DNA of 64,000 bases from Mobula hypostoma (GCF_963921235.1 NC_086107.1:109618001-109682000); one strand, 5' to 3'; shown: positions 11,820 through 26,206, numbered from the stretch's first letter. The notes: a model not told the origin generated them from the sequence alone. A program made the numbers and translations.

Positions 11820-14650
11820 TAGTGTTCATGGGTTCAATGTCCATTCAGAAATCGGATGGCAGAGGGGAAGAAGCTGTTCCTGAATCATTGAGTGTGTGAT
11901 TTCAGGCTTCTGTACCTCCTTCCTGATAGTAGCAATGAGAAGAGGGCATGTCCTGGCTGATGGGGGTCCTTAATGATGGACGCTGCCTTTCTGAGGCATC
12001 ACTCCTTGAAGATGTCCTGGATACTACAGAGGCTGGTGCCCGTGGTGGAGCTGACTGAGTTTGCATCGCTCTGCAGCTTACTTCGATCCTGTGCGGTAGC
12101 CCCCTCCCCATACCAGACAGTGATGCAGCCAGTCAGAACGCTCTCCACAGTACATCTGTAGAAATTTGTGAGTGTGTTTGGTGACATAACAAATCTTCTC
12201 AAACTCCTAATGAGATATAGCCAGTGTTGTGCCTTCATTGTAGCTGCGTCGATATGTTGGACCAGGTTAGATCCTCAGAAATACTGACACCCAGGAACTT
12301 GAAATTGCTCACCCTTTCCACTTCTGATCCCTCAATGAGGATAGTCATTGTAGTCATAGTCATACTTTATTGATCCCGGGGGAAAGTGGTTTTCATTACA
12401 GTTGCACCATAAATAATTAAATAGTAATAAAACCATAAATAGTTAAATAGTAATATGTAAATTATGCCAGGAAATAAGTCCAGGACCAGCCTATTGGCTC
12501 AGGGTGTCTGACCCTCCAAGGGGGGAGTTGTAAAGTTTGATGGCCACAGGCAGGAATGACTTCCTATGACGCTCTGTGTTGCATCTCGGTGGAATGAGTC
12601 TCTGGCTGAATGTACTCCTGTGCCCACCCAGTACATTATGTAGTGGATGGGAGACATTGTCCAAGATGGCATGCAACTTGGACAGCATCCTCTTTTCAGA
12701 CACCACCGTCAGAGAGTCCAGTTCCATCCCCACAACATCACTGGCCTTACGAATGAGTTTGTTGATTCTGTTGGTGTCTGCTACCCTCAGCCTGCTGCCC
12801 CAGCACACAACAGCAAACATGTTCGCACTGGCCACCACAGACTCGTAGAACATCCTCAGCATCGTCCGGCAGATGTTAAAGGACCTCAGTCTCCTCAGGA
12901 AATAGAGACGGCTCTGACCCTTCTTGTAGACAGCCTCGGTGTTCTTTGACCAGTCCAGTTTATTGTCAATTCGTATCCCCAGGTATTTGTAATCCTCCAC
13001 CATGTCCACACTGACCCCCTGGATGGAAACAGGGGTCACTGGTACCTTAGCTCTCCTCAGGTCTACCACCAGCTCCTTAGTCTTTTTCACATTAAGCTGC
13101 AGATAATTCTGCTCACACCATGACAAAGTTTCCTACCGTAGCCCTGTACTCAGCCTCATCTCCCTTGCTGATGCATCCAACTATGGCAGAGTCATCCGAA
13201 AACTTTTGAAGATGACAAGACTCTGTGCAGTAGTTGAAGTCCAGGGTGTAAATGGTGAAGAGGAAGGGAGACAAGACAGTCCCCTGTGGAGCCCCAGTGC
13301 TGCTGATCACTCTGTCGGACATTTCCACCTGGGGTTCAGTTAACAATGGTTGTGTTGTCAGCAAAATGATAGATGGCATTTGAGCTGTGCCTGGCCACAC
13401 AGTCACGGGTGTCGAGAGAGTAGGGCAGTGGGCTAAGCACACAACCCTGAGGTGTGCCAGTGTAGATTGTCAGCGAGGTGGAGATGTCACTTCCGATCCG
13501 CACAGACTGTGGTCTTCCGGTTAGGAAGTCGAGGATCCGTTTGCAGAGGGAGGTACAGAGGCCCAGGTTCTGGAGCTTTTCAATCCGAACTGTAAGAATG
13601 ATAGTGTTAAACGCTGAGCTTTATTTAATAAACAGCATCGTGATAGAGGTATTTGTATTGTCCAGGTGATCCAAGGCCGTGTGAAGAGCCACCAAGACCA
13701 CATCCGCTGTAGACCTATTGTGGCAATAGGAAAATTGCAGTGGGTCCAGGTCCTTGCTGAGGCAGGAGTTGATTCTAGTCATTACAAACCTTTCAAAGCA
13801 TTCCAGCACCTTAGATGTGAGTGCTACTGGACTACAGTCATTAAGGTAGATCACCCTGCTCTTCTTGGGCACTGGTATAATCGTTTTGAAGCAGGTGGGA
13901 GCTTCCGACTGTAGCAAAGATAGATTGAAAATGTCTTTGAACCACTCCGCCATTTGGTTGCCACAGATTTTCAGAGTCGTATCAGTACTCCACTGGAGCC
14001 TGTCAGCTTGCAAGGGTTCACCCCCTTCAAAGGCAGCCTGACGTCAGCCTCTGAGACAGAGATCATGGGGTCACCGTAGGGATCCTCACAGCTGTAGTTT
14101 TATTCTCCCTTCTAAAGTGAGCATAGAAGACGTTGAGCTCGTCTGGGTGTGAAGTATCGCTGCCATTCATGATGTTGGGTTTCACCGCGTGGGAGATTAT
14201 GGCCTGCAAACCCTGCCAGGGTTCACAAGATGGGATTTGAGCTGTGCCTGGCCACACGGTATTGCGTGTAGAGCAGTGGACGAAACACGCATCCTTGATT
14301 CGCACCGGCGTTGATTGTCAGCGAGGAGATGTTATTTCCAATCCGCACTGACTGTGGCCTCCTGATGAGGTCAAGGATCCAGATGCAGGGGGAGGTACAG
14401 AGGGCAACGTTTTCGGAGTTGTTGACTGGAATTGGGGGTAGGATTATGTTGAACGCCGAGCTGTAGTCTATAAACAGCAGCCTGACGTAGGTATGACTAT
14501 TGTCCGGGTGATCCAAGGCCAAGCACAGATCCAGTGAGATTGCGTCTGCTACGGGCCTATTATGGGAACAGGCAAATTGTAGCACGTCCAGGTCCTTGCT
14601 GAGGCAATTGTGGATGTGAGCGCAACTGGGTGGCAGTCATTGAGTTGAGA
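11820..14650 (-). mobile_element. Cluster of decayed Rex1/Babar-like LINE fragments
   Basis: RT motifs DLDPLQF.Y..NRST.D, LFIDYSSAFN, LY.LR.LR.F, FYRCTVES.LT in several frames. Confidence 0.75.
12345..13321 (-). mobile_element. Young Rex1/Babar LINE 3' fragment with (ATGACT)n tail
   Basis: GAPQGTVLSPFLF, KFSDDS, KTKELVVDLRR, YKYLG, RLYFLRRL. Near-identical to 18894-19358, 23748-25022 and 31620-31997. Confidence 0.85.
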
Positions 14651-16029
14651 GTGGTTATTTTGTCAAAAGGGCAAAGGAAGTTCTCCCCAGTGCTCTGTGG
14701 TATTTGAGCTGATAATCACAATCTATCAAGTGGTAGGCAGAGATGGTGAGGAAAGGCAGGTCGTGACTTGCATATCCTTTAATTCCTTTGACAGTTTTGA
14801 CAACACAGTTCCGGTCATTATGAAACATGACAGCAAGCTTGGAAGGTGGAGCCATGTTAATCAGATTCTCGAGTATCCAAATCGTGATGGCTTACAGAGT
14901 AGAAACGGGCCTTTTGACCCATAAGGTTTATGTTGGTCACTGACTACCCATCCATATTAATCCCATTAGTTACTTGTTACTGAAACTTTGACAAACTTCT
15001 ATAGATGTGTGGTGGAGAGTATATTAACTGGCTGCATCACAGCCTGGTATGGAAACGCCAATGTGCCCTTGGATGGAAAATCCCTCAAAAAGTCGTGGAT
15101 ACGGCCCAGTCCATCACAGGTAAGTACTCCCAGTCATTGAGTACATCAGCACGGAGCACTGTCGCAGGAAAGCAGCATCTATAATCAGGGATGCCCACCA
15201 CCCAGGTCATGCTCTCTTCTCACTGCTGCCGTCAAGAGGAAGATACAGGAGCCTCAGGACTCACACCACCAGGTTCAGGAAGTTATTACCCCTCAACCAC
15301 CAGGCTCCTGATCCGAAGGGGATAACTTCACTCGTCCCATCACTGAACTGTTCCTACAACCTATGAACTCATTTTCAAGGACTCTTCATCTCATGTTCTC
15401 GATATTTATTGCTTATTTACTTATCATTATTATTTCTTTTTCAATTTGTTTGCACAGTTTGTTGTCTTTTGAACACTGGTTGTTTGTCCGTCCCGTTGGG
15501 CGCAGTCTTTCATTGATTCTATTATGATTCTTGATCTATGCCCAGAAAAAAATCTCAGGGTTGTATGTGGTGGCCAATCTGTACTTTGATAATAAATTTA
15601 CTTTGAAGTTTGAAATGCTCTGAGAATCTAACGTTCATCGCTCCTTCAGATAATGTGTTCCAGATTCCACCTTCTGGGTAAAAAGGGATCTTTCTCAAGT
15701 ACCTCTGGGCAGGTCATTAGCTCAGTGAAGGATGCCCTTTGCTCTGCCCGAACCTTGCCGGTCTGCCAGCAAGTCGAGATGACTGTCGAGCAATGCTGCT
15801 GACTGGCACCATTCCACACTGCCAGGAGGTGAGGTGAAGCTCGGGGCAGCCGCTGTGAGGACTCGGTGGAGAGGGGCCAGAGTACAAGGCTTTTCCTCTG
15901 TTGGAGAGAAGGGGGCCAGGTTGAGAGAGGAAGCCCTCGATTGTTGTAGTAGTGTACCACCCCAGAGGTCCATACGACTGGCAGTTGTCCTGTTGGTTTT
16001 AAGGACTGTGATAGAACACGGCTTAATGA

Positions 16030-16600
16030 AACACACACAAAATTCTGGAGGAGCTCAGCAGGCCAGGTAGCTTCTATGGAAAAGAGTAAACAGTCGACGT
16101 TTCTGGCTGAGACCCTTCTTCAGGACCGGAAAGGAAGGGAGAAAGAGTCAGACTAAGAAGGTGGGGGCAGGGGAGGAAGAAGTAGAAGATGGCAGGTGAT
16201 AGGTGAAACCGGGAGTGGGGCAGAGGGGGAAGTAAAGAGCTGGGAAGTTGTTAGGAGGAAGAGATAAAGGGCTGGAGAAGGGGGATTCTGACAGGAGAGG
16301 ACAGAAGACCATGGAAGAAAGGGAAGGGCCAGGACCACCAGAGACAGGTGATGGACAGGTAAGCAGAGAAGGTGTGAGAGGGAAACAAGAATGGGGAACG
16401 GCGAAGGCGAGGAGAGGGGTAATTACTGGAAGTTCAAGAAATTGGTGTCCATGTCATCGGGCTGGAGGCTACCCAGGCGGAATATAAAATGTAGCTCCTC
16501 CAACCTACATGCTGTCTTCGCGACAGTAGAGGAGGCCGTGGACAGACATGTCAGAATGAGAATGGGAAGTAGAACTGAAGTGGGGGGCCACTGGGAAATC
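16030..16600 (-). mobile_element. Penelope-like element 3' fragment with hammerhead motif
   Basis: Minus strand encodes PVAPHFSSTSHSHSDMSVHGLLYC.../RLEELHFIFRLGSLQPDDMDTNFLNFQ*, a PLE GIY-YIG-region C-terminus. CTGAAGA..GAAACGTC at about 16095-16123. Confidence 0.75.
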
Positions 16601-17494
16601 CTTTATTTTTTTGTGGCAGATGGAGCAAATGTGCTCAAAGCATTGACTGTGACTGTAAGAAGGAGAAGGCTTTGTGCAATTTATTACGAATAACGTATGG
16701 GAGACAATAATAGATCAGTAAAAGCTGACAATGAGCGTGCAAGTCTCAAACGCGACCCTACAGGTCAAGCTGCAGCTCACATCAAGGAGACAAAGACTGT
16801 CCCATCATCCTCTCATCCAGGTCTCAGAGCAGAAGCGAGGCTGTGTTTGTCTCGAGGCTTCACACACAGACTGGCCTCCCTAAGCTCTGGATATCCGTCC
16901 TGCTGGCCACGGTCTTTCATTGACTCTTTTGTGTTTCTTGTATTTGCCATGATTGCCCTCAAGAAAATGAATCAGGTTTGTATATGTGACATATAGTTTA
17001 TTTATTTGTGTACTTATTTACTGAAATACCATGCTGCCCAGTAATCCCTGATTTAACCCTAGCCTAATCACAGGACAATTTACAATGACCGATGAACCTA
17101 CCAACCGGTCTTTGGACTGTGGGAGGAAACCAGAGCACCTGGAGGAAACCCACACAGTCACGGTGAGGACGTACAAACTCCTTACCGGCAGTGGTGGGTA
17201 TTGAGCCCGGGTCACCGCCTGTACCGTAAAGCGTTGTGCCAACCGCTACGCTACCATGCTGCCTTTTGATAACGAATTTACTTCGCGCCTCAAACTTTGT
17301 ATACGCGGGCCCTACGCCTCAGCAAACAGCCCCGTAGGCACACGTACACACCTTATGAGGAATTTGCTGAGGAGCATTGGCCAGGGTGCAACATGCAACA
17401 GAAACTAACAACATTAATAACAATAAAGAATTATATGAGCAATAAACTCGGATACTAAAGTACAGATATGGAATAAACTGAGCTTAATTACTTA

Positions 17495-18366
17495 CTGAGG
17501 AAATTAAGAACATGGTGGCATGGTGCGAAGACAATAACCTATCCCTCAATGTCAGCAAGACGAAGGAATTGGTTGTTGACTTCAGAAGGAGTAGCGGACC
17601 GCACGACCCAATTTACATCGGTGGTGTGCAAGTGGAACAAGTCAAAAGCTTTAAGTTCCTCGGGGTCAGTATCACAAATGACCTGACTTGGTCTAACCAA
17701 GCAGAGTTCACTGCCAAGAAGGCCCAGCAGCGCCTTTACTTCCTGAGAAAACCAAAGAAATCTGGCCTGTCCCCTAAAACCCTCACTAATTTTTATAGAT
17801 GCACCATAGAAAGCATTCTTCTAGGGTGCATCACAACCTGGTATGGAAGTTGTCCTGTCCAAGACCAAAAGAAGCTGCAGAAGATCGTGAACACGGCGCA
17901 GCACATCACACAAACCAATCTTCCGTCTGTGGATTCACATTACACCGCACGCTGTCGGAGCAGTGCTGCCAGGATAATCAAGGACACGACCCACCCAGCC
18001 AACACACTTTTTGTCTCTTTTCCCTCCGGGAGAAGGCTCAGGAGCTGAAGACTCGTACAGCCAGATTTGGGAATAGCTTCTTTCCAACTGTGATAAGACT
18101 GCTGAACGGATCCTGACCCGGATCTGGGCCGTACCCTCCAAATATCCAGACCTGCCTCTCAGTTTTTTTGCACTACCTTACTTCCCACTTTTCTATCTTC
18201 TATTTATGATTTATAATTTAAATTTTTAATATTTACTAATTTTAACTATTTTTAGTATTTTTAATATTTAATATTTGTAATCCAGGTAGTGGGAAGCGCA
18301 GAATCAAATATCGCTGTGATGATTGTACGTTCTAGTACCAATTGTTTGGCGACAATGAAGTATAAG
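17495..18366 (+). mobile_element. Rex1/Babar-like LINE 3' fragment, second family (reverse copy 33565-33915)
   Basis: WCEDNNLSLNVSKTKELVVDFRR, FKFLG, KKAQQRLYFLR. The 3' UTR is shared with 33565-33915. Confidence 0.8.
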
Positions 18367-18650
18367 GTATTCCAAGTATGCCCTGTTACGCTTTTCAGGC
18401 GGCAATGAAGATCCTCAATCTCTGTCTGTCCTTGCCACTTCAATTCATTGCAGTTTCTGTAACAATTTTTTTTTACCCATCAGGGGTGAGCTGAGCCCCA
18501 AGCAGTTAATCTGATCAACCATTCTAATTCACTCCTCCTTGCCCCCCTCTATCTGGTATCCTGGCACTGCACTGTAAAGAGCTTTTTATCATGCTGTTTA
18601 CATTCTAAATACTGTACATGCTGGTATTTATGTATTAATATATGGCTTAT

Positions 18651-19511
18651 TCCCTCCAAGAGGGCCACAACCTTGTCGTTGTGAGCCTCAGTGACCCGGA
18701 AAGCTACATTGGCTGGAGTCAGGGCTCTTGGAAGGGTCACCCATGCCAAACAGGTCAAAGGGTAGAGGCCAGACTAAGAGTGGTCCACTGGTCCTCCAGG
18801 TTCGGGGGTTCAGCTCAGGGCTAACAACCCTGACTGGTCAAACAAAACTGTTACGGAAACAGCAACGAAGAATCCTTCTACATCTGAGTGTGACGGATGT
18901 TCTACGAGTCTGTGGTGGCCAGTGCGATCATGTTTGCTGTTGTGTGCTGGGGCAGCAGGCTGAGGGTAGCAGACACCAACAGAATCAACAAACTCATTCG
19001 TAAGGCCAGTGATGTTGTGGGGAAGGAACTGGACTCTCTCACGGTGGTGTCTGAAAAGAGGATGCTGTCCAAGTTGCATGCCATCTTGGACAATGTCTCC
19101 CATCCACTACATAATGGACTGGGTGGGCACAGGAGTACATTCAGCCAGAGACTCATTCCACCGAGATGCAGCACAGAGCATCATAGGAAGTCATTCCTGC
19201 CTGTGGCCATCAAACTTTCCTGGATTCCTGGTCCTGGATTTATTTCCTGGCACAATCTACATATTACTATTTAATTATTTATGGTTTCATTACTATTTAT
19301 TATTAACAAAAACCAATTTCCCCCGGGATCAATAAAGTATGACTATGACTATGACTATTCCTGAGTCTCCAGCCAGGACTTGCATGACTGACAGTAGTGA
19401 AAACCGAGGGGAAGCTACTGACATGATGAAGGGAGCCCTGAACACCACCAGAGATGGAGGACCTTCATTGCTGCCCTAAACGCCAGCGGTGTAACGGGCT
19501 GTAAGTAAGTA
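18651..19511 (+). mobile_element. RTE-derived non-autonomous retroposon interrupted by a Rex1 insert (18894-19358)
   Basis: RTE-like 5' segment, a 3' RWRTFIAAL remnant and a (TAAG)n tail. The Rex1 fragment is nested inside. Confidence 0.55.
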
Positions 19512-21108
19512 CGTAGATTGTTCTGTGATTAGGCTAGGGGCAAATCGGCGAGTTGCTGGGCAGCTGGGCAGTGTGGCTTGATGGGACGGAAGGGCCTCTC
19601 CCACACCCTGAACAAAATCAAATAAAGCTTCTGTACCAAGTTAGGCGTCGTTGAGCAAGATATTGTTGAGTAACTACTGTCTGCTTGAACGGTGGTTGAC
19701 GTTCCTGTACTGATGACTGAGAAATAGCGGGCTGGATTTGCAGTACTTCATATGAACAGGACATACCTGGGCAGGTTGTCATAACACTAGGCGGATGACA
19801 GCACCCTGACTGTGCTGGATCAGCTTGACTGGAGACACAAGAACTTCTCTGAGTGTCCTCTTGAGAAACACACACACACTCACAAAATGCCGGAGGAACT
19901 TTTGAAGTATTGCAGGGGTTCCCAAGCTGGTGTCCACGAAGCCCTTGTTTAATGGTATTGGTTCATGACATTAAAAGAAAGGTCAGGAACTCCTGACTTA
20001 CAGCATTTTGTTCAGTTCTGGTCACCTCAATAAAAAATATGGAATCTTTAGAGTGGGTGCAGACAAGTATTACTAAGATGCTGCCTGGATTAGAGAGTGT
20101 CTCTAACTCAGTAAATCAGGCAGCATCTATAGGAGGGGAATAAACAGTCAACGTTTCAGACTGGGACTCTTCATTGGAACTGTAAATTGGAATCCGATTT
20201 ATTGTCTCTGATATAAATTGTGAAATTTGTTGTTTTGTGGCAGCAATGCAGTGTAGGAATAACAAATTACTATAAATTACAGTAAAAAAGTAAATATGTA
20301 ATCTCATTATCTCATGTTTTTGTTACTTATTCATATTTGCATTTGCACAGTTTGTTGTCTTCTGCCTTCGGGTTGATCTTTCATTGATCCTGTTATATTT
20401 ACTATTCTGTAGATTTGCTAAGTATGCCCGCAGGAAAATGGGTCTCACGGTTGTATATGGTGGCATATTCCTACTTTGATAATAAAATGTACTTTGAAGT
20501 TTGTAAAAGAGGAATATTGAGGTAGTGTTTGTGAAATTAGAGACCATTCAGGAACCTGTTGGCACAGGGGAAGAAGCTGTCTCTGGAATATTGAGTGTGT
20601 GTCTTCAGGATCCTGTACCTCCTCGATGGTAGCAGTGAGAAGAGAGCGTATTCCAGATCGTTGGGGGATATTTGCGTTGATATGCAGGTGTACCTAATAA
20701 AGTGGCCACTGAGTGTACATTCAGTGTATTGTGTGAATTTATGTGCCTCTGCTAGCAGATGTTTTATTGTGCCTGCACCTCATCACACGTGTGCTTGTAA
20801 ACTCGACACGCCTCTGAGCCTCAGTGACCCATCTGTCTCTGCTCGGTTTGAGCCCATTCCCGTCCAGTAGCCGGAGGCCAGTGACTCGATAGAAGACCTG
20901 GCACCAGCTGGACTTCATCGGGAGTTTGTGGCGAATCCGGGTGCCATCAAAGGCTCCAGTAAATTCCGACAGGCGTACCGTGGAGGGCATTCAGACTGGC
21001 TGCATCGTCGCCTGGTACTGAGGCTCAAGCACACAGGATAGGAAGAGGCCGCACACTTGGCCATCGTGGGAACAAGACTCCACTCCAGCTTGGACATCCT
21101 CAGAAGGT

Positions 21109-21512
21109 GGCATCCGTCATTGAGGACCCTCACCACCTGGGCATTGGCATCCATCATTGAGGACCCTCACCACCTGGGCATTGGCATCCATCATTGAGAA
21201 CCCTCACCATCTGGGCATTGGCATCCATCATTGCGAACCCTCACCACCTGGGCATTGGCATCCATCATTGAGGACCCTCACCACCTGGGCATTGGCATCC
21301 ATCAGTGAGGACCCTCACCACCTGGGCATTGGCATCCATCTTTGAGGACCCTCACCACCTGGGCATTGGCATCCGTCATTGAGGACCCTCACCACCTGGG
21401 CATTGACATCGGTCATTGAGGACCCTCACCACCTGGGAGTTGGCATCTGTCACTGAGAACTCTCACCACCTGGGCATTGACATCCATCATTGAGGACCCT
21501 CAACACCTGGGT
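21109..21512 (+). repeat. Minisatellite, 37-bp unit, about 11 copies
   Basis: Unit GGCATCCATCATTGAGGACCCTCACCACCTGGGCATT, head-to-tail with no spacers. Confidence 0.95.
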
Positions 21513-21817
21513 CATGCCCTCTTCTCATTGCTACCATCAGGGAGGAGTTACAGGAGACTGAAGAACCACAGTCAAACTTTTAGGACCAGCTTCCTTCCCT
21601 CCACCATCAGATTTCTGGAACTGTCCGTGATGATACCTCACCGTTCCTCTTCTGCGTAATTAATTTTTTATTGCAATATAAAGATCTTCTTTATGTCTTG
21701 CACTGTGCTACCATCAAAAGAGAACAAGCATCACCACAGAATCGGGTTTAGTATCACCGGCATACGTCGTGAAATTAGTTGTCTTTGCGGCAGCGGTACA
21801 ATGCAATACACGATAAT

Positions 21818-22030
21818 TTGTTGTTGTTCAGTCGTTAAGTTGAGTCCGACTCTTCGTGACCTCACGGACCAGAGGGTCCACAGGGTTTTCATGGCAAGAT
21901 ACGGAAGTAGATTGCCAGGCCTTTCTTCCACACAGGTACTGCTGCTGCCCAGGTTGGGACCCAGCTGGGATTTGAACTCACGACCATCTGCCTCAAAGTC
22001 CAGTGCTGATACCACTACACCACTGGCCAG
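21818..22030 (-). mobile_element. tRNA-head SINE with RTE-type tail
   Basis: Minus strand has TGGTGTAGTGG and AGTTCAAATCC boxes, then GTCACGAAGAGTCGGACTCAACTTAACGACTGAA(CAA)n. Confidence 0.65.
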
Positions 22031-23747
22031 CCCAATCCATAATAATAGAGACTATTAAATACCATGAGAAATGTATACAAAATTGAATTCAATTAGTAGC
22101 ACAAAAATAGAAATTAAAAACAGAACTGAGAGGCAGTGTTTCGAAGGGTCTCGGCCCGAAACGTCGACTGTACTCTTTTCCACAGATGCTGCCCGGCCTG
22201 CTGAGTTCCTCCAGCACTTTGTGTGTGTGTTGCTCAGATCTCCAGCGTCTGCAGATTTTCTCTTGTATGTGAGAGGTGGCGTTCATGGGTTCAGAAATCA
22301 GATGGCAGAGGGGAAGAAGCTGTCCCTGAATCGTTGAGTGTGTGCCTTCAGGCTTCTGTACCTCCTCCCTGATGGTAGCAATGAGAAGAGGGCATGTCCT
22401 GGGTGATGGCTTCCCCTATCTCTTTATAGCTTGTCCTCCACCCCGCCTCGCCCCACCTTTTTTTAAAATTCTGGCATCTTTCCTCCTTCCTTTCCAGTCC
22501 TGATGAAGAGTCTCGCCCGGAAATGTCGACTGTTTATTAATTTCCATAGATGTTGCCTGACCTGCTGAGATCCCCCAGCATTTTATGTAGGTTGCTCTGG
22601 ATTTCCGGCATCTGCAGAATCTCCTGTGATTATTGCACGGCCGCCTGACTGTGCGACTAGAGCTAACTTGCACTGACCAGTGAAGGGGCACTGTATCTTT
22701 AAGACGAATTCCTGCTCCTCAAGTTTGTACAAGCTCACAGCCCACTGACTGACGCCCCGGACCCTCCCCCAGGACGTGCCTTGGAGAGGTGCTCACCTCT
22801 CCCACCCCCATCCCACGTAGGTCGTGCCCAGGGGCCACTTTATTAAACATGGGCTTGATTGGCAGCAAGACATGAATCACTTCCTCATACACACACCACA
22901 GGAATGTCAACAATGCAGCGCCTCCCCGGATTTCGAGCTGCCCTCGGGGTCCTAGTGCCCTCTGCCAATGGGCAACAGAGGGCTGGAGGAAATCTGTAAA
23001 TGCGCACATTGTGTCAAATGAGAGGGGCAAAAAAGGATTAAAACCAAATTAAAGGAACGGAAAATAAAACAGTGCAATAGTTTTACATTGTGAATTGTGA
23101 AAGGATTTGAAAACTTTTTGGTCTAGGGTTGCTGCACGTAATTTGGTTTGTACATTTACCATGTTACAACATGACCCCTACAGGCTTTTTTTTTAATTCA
23201 TAAACACAGGAGATTCTGTAGATGCTGGAAATCCAGAGTAACACACAAATTACTGGAGAAATTCAGCAGATCAGGCAGCATCATTTAATGTTTAATTATT
23301 TATGGTTTTATATTGCTATATTTATACTCTATTCTTGGTTGGGGCAACTGGAAGGAAAATCAATTTCCCTTGGGATCAATAAAGTATGACTATGACTATC
23401 AATGGAGGGAATAAATGGTGGATTTTGGGCCGAGACCCTTCATTAGGACTCTACAGGTCTCTTGTTTTAAGATTCAACATTGTGTAACACCATTTCCAAC
23501 CATCATCAACATCATTATGTGCTGTGTCGTACGACGTGGGCGATCATGGTCTCTTCCATGATTGTTCTTGGCAAAGTTTTCTACAGAAGTTTGCCATTGC
23601 TACTTTCTGGGCAGTGCCTTTACAAGGCGGGTCACCCCAGCCATTATCAATACTCTTCAGAGATTGTCTGCCTGACATCAGTGGTCACGTAACCAGGACG
23701 TGTGAAATGCACCAGCTGCTCATGTGACCATCCACCACGTGGCTTCA

Positions 23748-25046
23748 CATAGTCATAGTCATAGTCATAGTTTATTGATCCCGGGAGAAATTGGTTTTCG
23801 TTACAGCTGCACCATAAATAATTAAATAGTAATAAAAACCATAAATAATTAAATAGTAATATGTAAATTATGCCAGGAAATAAGTCCAGGACCAGCCTAT
23901 TGGCTCAGGGTGTCTGATCCTCCAAGGGAGGAGTTGTAAAGTTTGATGGCCACAGGCAGGAATGACTTCCTATGACGCTCTGTGTTGCATCTCAGTGGAA
24001 TGAGTCTCTGGCTGAATGTACTCCTGTGCCCAACCAGTACATTATGTAGTGGATGGGAGACATTGTCCAAGATGGCATGCAACTTAGACAGCATCCTCTT
24101 TTCAGACACCACCGTCAGAGAGTCCAGTTCCATCCCCACAACATCACTGGCCTGACGAATGAGTTTGTTGATTCTGTTGGTGTCTGCTACCCTCAACCTG
24201 CTGCCCCAGCACACAACAGCAAACATGATAGCACTGGCCACCACAGACTCGTAGAACATCCTCAGCATCGTCCGGCAGATGTTAAAGGACCTCAGTCTCC
24301 TCAGGAAATAGAGACGGCTCTGACCCTTCTTGTAGACAGCCTCAGTGTTCTTTGATCAGTCCAGTTTATTGTCAATTCGTATCCCCAGGTATTTGTAATC
24401 CTCCACCATGTCCACACTGACCCCCTGGATGGAAACAGGGGTCACCGGTACCTTAGCTCTCCTCAGGTCTACCACCAGCTCCTTAGTCTTTTTCACATTA
24501 AGCTGCAGATAATTCTGCTCACACCATGACGAAGTTTGCTACCGTGGCCCTGTACCCAGCCTCATCTCCCTTGCTGATGCATCCAACTATGGCAGAGTCA
24601 TCCGAAAACTTTTGAAGATGACAAGACTCTGTGCAGTAGTTGAAGTCCGAGGTGTAAATGGTGCAGAGGAAGGGAGACAAGACAGTCCCCTGTGGAGCCC
24701 CAGTGCTGCTGATCACTCTGTCGGACACACAGTGTTGCAAGCACACGTACTGTGGTCTGCCAGTCAGGTAATCAAGAATCCACGACACCAGGGGAGCATC
24801 CACCTGCATCGCTGTCAGCTTCTCCCCCAGCAGAGCAGGGCCGATGGTGTTGAACGCACTGGAGAAGTCAAAAAACATGACCCTCACAGTGCTCGCTGGC
24901 TTGTCCAGGTGGGTGTAGATACGGTTCAGCAGGAAGACGATGGCATCCTCAACTCCTAGTCAGGGCTGGTAGGCAAACTGGAGGGGATCTAAGTGTGGTC
25001 TGACCGTAGGCCGAAGCAGCTCGGTGGAGGATTTGTAATTACAATA
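23748..25046 (-). mobile_element. Rex1/Babar LINE insertion with 31-bp flanking direct repeat
   Basis: RT motifs VRPHLDPLQF, FFDFSSAFNTI, GAPQG, FSDDS and an (ATGACT)n tail. 23717-23747 is identical to 25047-25077. Confidence 0.88.
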
Positions 25047-25785
25047 TGCTCATGTGACCATCCACCACGTGGCTTCAGTTGACCCTTTTCAGGGGGAAGG
25101 GGCAAAGCAGGTGCCACACCTTGTCCAAGGGTGACCTGCAGGCTAGCGGAGGGAAGAAGCACCTTACAACTCCTTTGATAGAGACGTGTCTCCACCGTGC
25201 CACCCACATTTCCTGTACATGTGTGAAAAATAATGAAATGTTTGTTACTCAGTCTCCGAAGCAGCACGAAAACACGATAAGACAAAGAACACAATGATAG
25301 TTAAAAAAACACAACTAAATGTAAATAGATGATACTTTATATTCATACATTGGTTGTATATCCATAAATCGACGCTAAGCACGGGAGTGTCTGTACATAA
25401 GGTGACTCTGACAGGAAATGATAAAGTGGTGCTGGTTGGGAGGGTGGAGAGGTGGTTAGTGATCTACTTGCAAAGGGTTGTGAATGAGGGATGTCATTCA
25501 CTCATGGGGTCAGAACAGAACAATGATGAAGTTAGCCGAGCTGCTGCTTCACAGCTCCAGTGACCCGTTCTGGCTCCTGGCTTCTTCCCCCTTCCTTTCC
25601 GGTCCTGAAGAAGGGTCTCAGTCCGAAACGTCAACCGTTTACTCCTCTCCATGGATGCTGCCTGCTCTGCTGAGTGCCCTGCCATTTTATGCGTGTTGCT
25701 CTGGATTTCCAGCGTCTCTGGAATCTCCTATGTCCAGCGAGCCATGTTCATTCCTGACCTCGGGTGTTGTCTGCATGGAGTTTGC

Positions 25786-26206
25786 AGACGTCCCACCCTG
25801 CAAAAACTCACTTCAGAGAGGTAGCGCCATCAATTTGCCGGAGACTCCCGGAACTTCCGGGAGAGGTGGGATGTCTGCAATAGAGTAGCTCCTTAGCAGC
25901 CGGCCAGCTAGTTTAAATAACGTTAGCTCTGCTAATGAACGAATGACACCTGTTAAACTCACCTCAACATGTCTTTTACAGTCTTAACCCACCAGGGCAG
26001 TAGAAAAGTCACTGTTGCAAACAGTGCAGCGAGCAACACTGCCATTATTTTTGACCCCTATTAGGCAGGAGTACACTTTAGGGTAGTCTGGGGTGACGTA
26101 CGTTTTATATTTTCTTTCTTTGGAACACTCTGCCATGGCGCGCGTGCTCACTCTCTCGCTCACGTGCTCTCTCGCACTCTCGCTTGCTTGCTCTCGCTCT
26201 CTCTCT

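Noticed and set aside
21109..21512. CRISPR-like periodicity (37 bp)
   Set aside because: No unique spacers, no cas genes, eukaryotic context, and the unit derives from a LINE.
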